Assembly: GCA_965223665.1 (NCBI GenBank)
Contig: OZ245011.1
Coordinates: 3,520,001-3,584,000, forward strand
DNA length: 64,000 nucleotides
Direction: 5' to 3'
Source: Nitrospinaceae bacterium
GTDB taxonomy: Bacteria > Nitrospinota > Nitrospinia > Nitrospinales > Nitrospinaceae
The notes beneath the pieces were generated by a model. That model was not told where the DNA came from, searched no databases, and saw only the letters and a list, made by a program, of their open reading frames with translations. This document shows positions 59,283 to 64,000 of the stretch, piece after piece; the stretch's first letter is position 1; each line of letters opens with the position of its first letter. The position numbers and the translations under genes were made by a program.

Positions 59283-59676
59283 GAGGCTTTATTTTGGTAG
59301 GAGTTTTTGGTAGATCCCTTGATTGGGTTTTTTGTTTAAATTCTGATTTTTGATGGTACAGGATTCCTATATGTTGGGTCAAGGATCGAACCTGATTCGT
59401 TAAAGAAGAAATTCGAATTGAAAAATGAAGGCAAATCACAACAAGAAACAATAAACCGAAGAAAAATAAAGTGGAAGTGGGTAAAGTGGCTCCAACGATA
59501 CTTGAAATCCCTTGTAGTATTTCGTCAGAAATGGATAGGGTTAACATAAGAACCCCTGTGATCAGCCAAGTAAATGAGTATTCTTCATTAAGATACCGTC
59601 TTCGAACCAATTCAAAAACATAGGCAACTAGAAATATACAGATTAAAATTGAAATGATTTGAATTTTTGGAGGCAT
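59260..59676 (-). CDS. DUF2304-family membrane protein
   Basis: LVRRR.L.E.YS..W, S..IS.L......L.Q; typical partner of upstream GT2. Confidence 0.85.
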   Translation of the reverse strand: MPPKIQIISILICIFLVAYVFELVRRRYLNEEYSFTWLITGVLMLTLSISDEILQGISSIVGATLPTSTLFFFGLLFLVVICLHFSIRISSLTNQVRSLTQHIGILYHQKSEFKQKTQSRDLPKTPTKIKPLENIKNN

Positions 59677-59678
59677 AC

Positions 59679-60506
59679 TTAAAAGCTTTTGGGTTTTTGT
59701 CGAAGTAACGTTATGAATATTGATAAAAACATTTTAAAAATGTAATACATTGGTTTGGAACCATTGTGCATAGATTTATGCTTAGGACCCGAGTGCATTT
59801 TCACCGGTACCTCTTGTATACGAAAACCACATTTATGCAAAAGGATAATGAAATCTGCGTCAGGATAATCTGGTGGATACCAATCGCTTGCTACGAATCG
59901 AATAGCATCATTTTTTAAAACTTGATAACCGGAAGTAGGGTCAGTAATTTTTTGCCTTATTATTATTGAGGCTAAAAGAGCAAAGAATTTTATTCCAAGC
60001 CTCCGAGGAAGCGAAGGTTTGTAACTTTCATTAGTCAAAAATCTGGACCCAATTACAACGTCTATGGGGTTATTAATAATTTCTTTAAGTAAATACTTAA
60101 TACTTTTAGGGTCATGTTGGCCGTCTGCGTCCATTTGAACAACCAGATTGTAATCATTGTTCATTGCATATCGAAAACCGGTTTGAATAGCCACCCCATA
60201 ACCGCAGTTGAATGGTAAGGAAATCACTTTTGCGCCTAATTTTTTTGCAGTTTTCACGGTAGTATCTTGCGAACCATCGTCAACAACTAGAATGGGAAAA
60301 CCTGGAGCTTCCTTCTGAATTCCCCTAATTACCTTATCTAAATATAATCCTTCGTTATAAGCCGGTAATAAAATTAGTGGTTTATAAGGGCGTTTTTCAG
60401 GTAATTTGGATGAAGAATGATTTATATTTTTTTTAATGGGGTTTCCCATTAAGTCTTTTTTTTGAACCGAGGGAGTGCTCATTGACTTTGAAATCTTTGC
60501 CTCCAA
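59679..60506 (-). CDS. GT2 polyprenol-phosphate glycosyltransferase (DPM1-like); start may be 60482 or 60449
   Basis: PAYNE, VVDDGSQD, QMDADGQHDP, VIGSRF, TDPTSG, EVPV.M. Confidence 0.92.
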   Translation of the reverse strand: MEAKISKSMSTPSVQKKDLMGNPIKKNINHSSSKLPEKRPYKPLILLPAYNEGLYLDKVIRGIQKEAPGFPILVVDDGSQDTTVKTAKKLGAKVISLPFNCGYGVAIQTGFRYAMNNDYNLVVQMDADGQHDPKSIKYLLKEIINNPIDVVIGSRFLTNESYKPSLPRRLGIKFFALLASIIIRQKITDPTSGYQVLKNDAIRFVASDWYPPDYPDADFIILLHKCGFRIQEVPVKMHSGPKHKSMHNGSKPMYYIFKMFLSIFITLLRQKPKSF

Positions 60507-60560
60507 ACTTATTTAAAGCTTTTGTTTTTATTGAGATAGCCCTGAAAAACCCTGACTATA

Positions 60561-60588
60561 CCAACGGCTGTTTTCATAAAAAACTTGA
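60561..60588 (-). promoter_or_regulatory. Weak sigma28-like promoter
   Basis: TCAA-N16-GCCGTTGG (-35 reads TCAAGTTT) upstream of GT2. Confidence 0.3.
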
Positions 60589-60666
60589 ACATTCAAAGGA
60601 GTTTTATTTTTTTGGGCGGATGAAGGGAGAGCAAATTTAAAATGATTTCTATTATAAAAAAATCAT

Positions 60667-61038
60667 TCATTTTTTAAATTCAAAATTTTTTAAGTTTACC
60701 GAACGCCCCAATCGTTTGGAGCAGTTTTTCATTATTTGCTGGACTCCATTGGGTTCTTTTTTTATAAAAGTTATTAAATGATTTTTATCAAATATTCTCA
60801 CTTTACTAGTTTCCAAGGCTTTTACGGAAGCGATTCGTGGTCTTCCAAATAAAAGCCCAATTTCTCCAAAATAATCATTGGTTTTTAAAACGTTCAAAAC
60901 TTCTTTATTCCCATTCTTTGTCAATCGGTAGACTTCAAATTGGCCTTTTTCAATGAAAAACGCGAAGTCACTGTGGCGTCCTTCATGAATAATAACTTGC
61001 CCGGAGGCTATAAATTGTAATCCAACACACACACTCAT
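60667..61038 (-). CDS. Stand-alone cyclic nucleotide-binding domain protein
   Basis: G.VII.EG, IEKG..EV, FGEIGLL..RPRIASVKA. Confidence 0.88.
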   Translation of the reverse strand: MSVCVGLQFIASGQVIIHEGRHSDFAFFIEKGQFEVYRLTKNGNKEVLNVLKTNDYFGEIGLLFGRPRIASVKALETSKVRIFDKNHLITFIKKEPNGVQQIMKNCSKRLGRSVNLKNFEFKK

Positions 61039-61274
61039 AATGCAGAGCCTTTTTAAAAATTAAGATTTTGGGTTTACCTTTTTTGGGTGCAAAAAGTTTT
61101 CCAAATAAAGGAAAAGTGGAGATTTTTTTCTTAATGGACGTAAATTTAGAGGAAAACTTTGGATGAGATTACAAATTTTACCTCTGTTTTAGGGATAAGT
61201 TGCAACTATTTTTAAGATAAGTGAGTGAAAAAGGATAATTGCTAATTCAAGACCGTTTTTAAATGATTTTAGGA

Positions 61275-62309
61275 TTATACATTTTTATTCACCCATATAA
61301 TTAATTCGTTTAATCGCCCAAAGTGTTTTCTATCAGATTTAAAAATTAACCTTGGTAGATCCGTAAACTCTCGGTTGGTGACTTCGGTTTCCATAGCTTC
61401 TGAGCTCTCAAAATGGCCTTTTTTTAATAAGTCAGAAAAGTTTTCGTTTAAATATTGAACATGGGATTCTGTCAATTTCCTTTTTAATCGAATAACGGTA
61501 TGGTCGCCAACATAACGCAGTGAATGAAAGTTCTTGTAATAAAGTTTTATGTATTCTACAGCGTCTGGGATGGAATGGGCCACATAGAACAGGTTTAGAT
61601 CAAAATCTGAAATATATTTACCGCCTTGTAATTCTTTTTCAACATATTCTCTCCAGTGTTGCCAATAGGTACCATTCTCGGGCTCAATCATAACAATAGG
61701 ATGAGGTTTGCTTTTTCCAGTTTGAAATAAAGTCAAATTTTCAAATCCCTCATCTAATGTTCCAAATCCTCCTGGAAAAAGAATGGTGGCGTCTGATTCT
61801 TTAATTAGCATTAATTTGCGGGTGAAAAAATATTTAAATGTCATTAATTTGGAGTCACCTTTTATATAGTCATTTGCCAATTGTTCCTGTGGAAGCTTAA
61901 TATTAATCCCAAAACTATTTCCTTTTCCCGCACCCCTGTTAGCCGCTTCCATGATTCCACCCCCAGCCCCTGAAATTATCATGTATCCTTCGTCTACTAA
62001 GGCTTTCGCTAGCTCCTGAGCCATTATATAATTGGGTTCAGTGCTGGAGGTTCTTGCAGAACCAAACATAACCACTTTGGAGGTTTTTCTGTAAGGATAA
62101 AACACGCGGAATGCGTGTCTGAACTCTTTTAATGTTGTGTTGGTTAGTTTAAAATCGCCTCGATCCTTATGTTCACAACCCATTTTTACAATGGATGTAA
62201 AAATTTGATGGAGTAGATCAGAAACATTGGGATTTTCACAATATTCTACTAATTCGTGAATCAATTGCTCAGCTTTTGGATCTCCTACTGTATAATTCGA
62301 GTTGGGCAT
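61275..62309 (-). CDS. LOG family (TIGR00730-like) nucleotide-binding protein
   Basis: FGSART, SGAGGGIMEAANRGA, KYFFTRK, PGGFGTLDE. Confidence 0.9.
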   Translation of the reverse strand: MPNSNYTVGDPKAEQLIHELVEYCENPNVSDLLHQIFTSIVKMGCEHKDRGDFKLTNTTLKEFRHAFRVFYPYRKTSKVVMFGSARTSSTEPNYIMAQELAKALVDEGYMIISGAGGGIMEAANRGAGKGNSFGINIKLPQEQLANDYIKGDSKLMTFKYFFTRKLMLIKESDATILFPGGFGTLDEGFENLTLFQTGKSKPHPIVMIEPENGTYWQHWREYVEKELQGGKYISDFDLNLFYVAHSIPDAVEYIKLYYKNFHSLRYVGDHTVIRLKRKLTESHVQYLNENFSDLLKKGHFESSEAMETEVTNREFTDLPRLIFKSDRKHFGRLNELIIWVNKNV

Positions 62310-62361
62310 TAAGTAACTCCTGTTAGCCGTAAATTATTATTATTTTGAAAGAGTTTTTATA

Positions 62362-62580
62362 ATGAGTAATCCTGAACCACCCATTAATGAAAAACTATTA
62401 ATATATTCTATCATCGGGTTGTTGGCAGTTGGTTTTATCAGTGTATTGTTTATTGCAGTGCCTTGGCTTTTGCATGATGGGTCTCCCAGTTGGAAACAAA
62501 TTTTAATTGATGATTCCATCATTATTGCTGTTTTGGTTATGTTTGTTTATGGTTTTTATATGAATACCAAAATGCATTAA
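62362..62580 (+). CDS. Small 2-TM hypothetical protein
   Basis: Two hydrophobic helices; fills intergenic gap. Confidence 0.55.
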   Translation: MSNPEPPINEKLLIYSIIGLLAVGFISVLFIAVPWLLHDGSPSWKQILIDDSIIIAVLVMFVYGFYMNTKMH

Positions 62581-62650
62581 TTTTTGTTAGTTTAGTTTGC
62601 TCAACAACCAAAATTATTGAATATTCCATTTTAATCATTTCGAGAGGCTT

Positions 62651-63148
62651 ATGGCAAAATCTTCTTCTTTTGATGTTGTATCCAATGTAGATATAAGTGA
62701 AGTAAAAAATGCGGTGAATCAAGCCACCATGGAAATCCGCCAAAGATTTGATTTTAAGAATAGTAAAAGCGAAATTTCGTTAGAAGAAAAAGATGGCAGT
62801 TTGTCTTTAATTTCTGATGATGAACATAAAATGAAATCTGTAGTTGATATTTTGCAGGGAAAATTAGTTAAGCGAGGTGTTGATTTAAAGTCATTAGATT
62901 ATGGAAAAGTGGAACCTGCTGCAGGTGGTACCGTGCGGCAAAATATTAAAATACAGCAAGGAATACCACAGGAAAAGGGAAAGGAAATTGTAAAATTTGT
63001 GAAGACGCTAAACTTCAAAGTGCAGGGACAAGTTATGGAGGATCAAGTTCGAATCACTGGAAAAAATAAGGATGATTTGCAAGGAGTGATTGGTGCACTG
63101 AAACAAAAAGATTTTGGTATTGCAATGTCCTTTACTAATTATCGTTAA
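62651..63148 (+). CDS. yajQ: YajQ family nucleotide/c-di-GMP-binding protein
   Basis: SFDVVS, NAVNQA..EI..RFDFK, Q.QVRITGK.KDDLQ, FTNYR. Confidence 0.95.
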   Translation: MAKSSSFDVVSNVDISEVKNAVNQATMEIRQRFDFKNSKSEISLEEKDGSLSLISDDEHKMKSVVDILQGKLVKRGVDLKSLDYGKVEPAAGGTVRQNIKIQQGIPQEKGKEIVKFVKTLNFKVQGQVMEDQVRITGKNKDDLQGVIGALKQKDFGIAMSFTNYR

Positions 63149-63955
63149 TTATTTAAAAGTAAAAAAGCCGGGATTTTTTATTTTATATAGGACCAAACTT
63201 AACAAAATTAAAGTTAATAATGTCCCACATAGCCCTAGAATTACTTCGCCTATATAAAACGTAACCGCTAAATTAAATAATAAGACGCCAAAATATACTC
63301 CGGGTCCCAAAAGAGCCTGAGCGGGAACATCACGTTGACCCCAATCTTTAAATGAACTCATTAAAGTTAACCTTCGATTTATATGAGTCCAGCAGAATAG
63401 GATAGTGCTTCCTACCAAAAACCAGCCTCCAAAATTGGTTAGGGGAATGTTGAAGTATTCTCCTTTTTCCTGATAAGTATAAATTTTTCCTAGAAACCAG
63501 CGGTCTCCTAAAAATGCAATGGGATCTATAACAACATCCAAAAGCATAAAAAATGTGGCTCCGGTAAATACAACTTTTAACGAATTTTGAATTTCCTCTC
63601 TTTGTTCAATGCGAATATCCCACCCATTTTTTCTTAGAGGTGACCAGATTAATATAGCCATTGTGTAACTGAAAAAGGATAGAAATGAGTACGAAAGGGA
63701 ATCCATAAAAGGAACGTTAGAAATCCAAAGTTCTTGATTCCTGGTGCTATCAATGTAGCTGTAAAATCCGTAGGGGAATCCATTACGGGTCGAAGAAAAC
63801 TCTGAAAGAAAAGCAATGCTATAGGCTAGAAGAGTGAATAGCAGAGAGCGTTTAAGCCCCATTTGCCAGATTGCAATGGTTAAGTAACATGCCAGGAAAA
63901 CAAATACGTAGGGCCTAAGGAGAATGGTTCCCAAGAGTAAAGAAAAAAAATCCAT
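63149..63955 (-). CDS. CruF/DUF422-like membrane protein (carotenoid biosynthesis protein family)
   Basis: E......GFPYG.Y.Y, VP, DVVIDP, NIPLTNFGGWF. Confidence 0.8.
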   Translation of the reverse strand: MDFFSLLLGTILLRPYVFVFLACYLTIAIWQMGLKRSLLFTLLAYSIAFLSEFSSTRNGFPYGFYSYIDSTRNQELWISNVPFMDSLSYSFLSFFSYTMAILIWSPLRKNGWDIRIEQREEIQNSLKVVFTGATFFMLLDVVIDPIAFLGDRWFLGKIYTYQEKGEYFNIPLTNFGGWFLVGSTILFCWTHINRRLTLMSSFKDWGQRDVPAQALLGPGVYFGVLLFNLAVTFYIGEVILGLCGTLLTLILLSLVLYKIKNPGFFTFK

Positions 63956-64000
63956 TTACAATGATCTCTGATTCGTTTTAACCATGTTATTTTCCCTCAT

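Noticed and set aside
102-62743. Numerous 60-113 aa antisense or overlapping ORFs in the track (e.g. 2936-3259, 12989-13321, 32216-32533, 54035-54376)
   Set aside because: Shadow frames of well-supported genes with no motifs
1-64000. CRISPR arrays, tRNA/rRNA, IS elements, prophage or defence systems
   Set aside because: No spaced direct repeats, cloverleafs, transposase, integrase or phage proteins seen; intergenic gaps are all under about 300 nt

Overview
Gene-dense, AT-rich bacterial chromosome segment. Its gene content and style suggest a Nitrospinota/deltaproteobacteria-like lineage (inference only). Bases 1-41.5 kb are mostly housekeeping: ffh-rpsP-khpA-rimM-trmD-methyltransferase-rplS, rnhB-recJ, an ABC exporter, moeB, pcm-amrB, PMM/PGM, cysD-cysNC, cysS, dcd-scpB-rluB, mqnC, pdxA-rsmA-cobA/hemD and pckA. 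Bases 41.5-60.5 kb hold an accessory glycan-modification region interrupted by prfB (classical +1 frameshift) and an RNase Z-like gene. It encodes a GT-C-like membrane transferase, a GT4 and a B12 radical SAM enzyme that share a C-terminal TPR module, plus a GT2, a 1266-aa double NHL-propeller protein, and a GT4 broken at a T9 tract. Four sigma28/FliA-like promoter motifs precede its minus-strand genes, suggesting a flagellar-regulon glycosylation system; this is the best candidate for an undescribed system. Also notable are a TPR-cupredoxin-FTR1-like fusion protein, a degenerate APS-kinase domain on CysN, and a ferritin-like protein lacking metal ligands. I saw no rRNA, tRNA, CRISPR array or transposase. 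All family calls are by eye from motifs; no searches were run.
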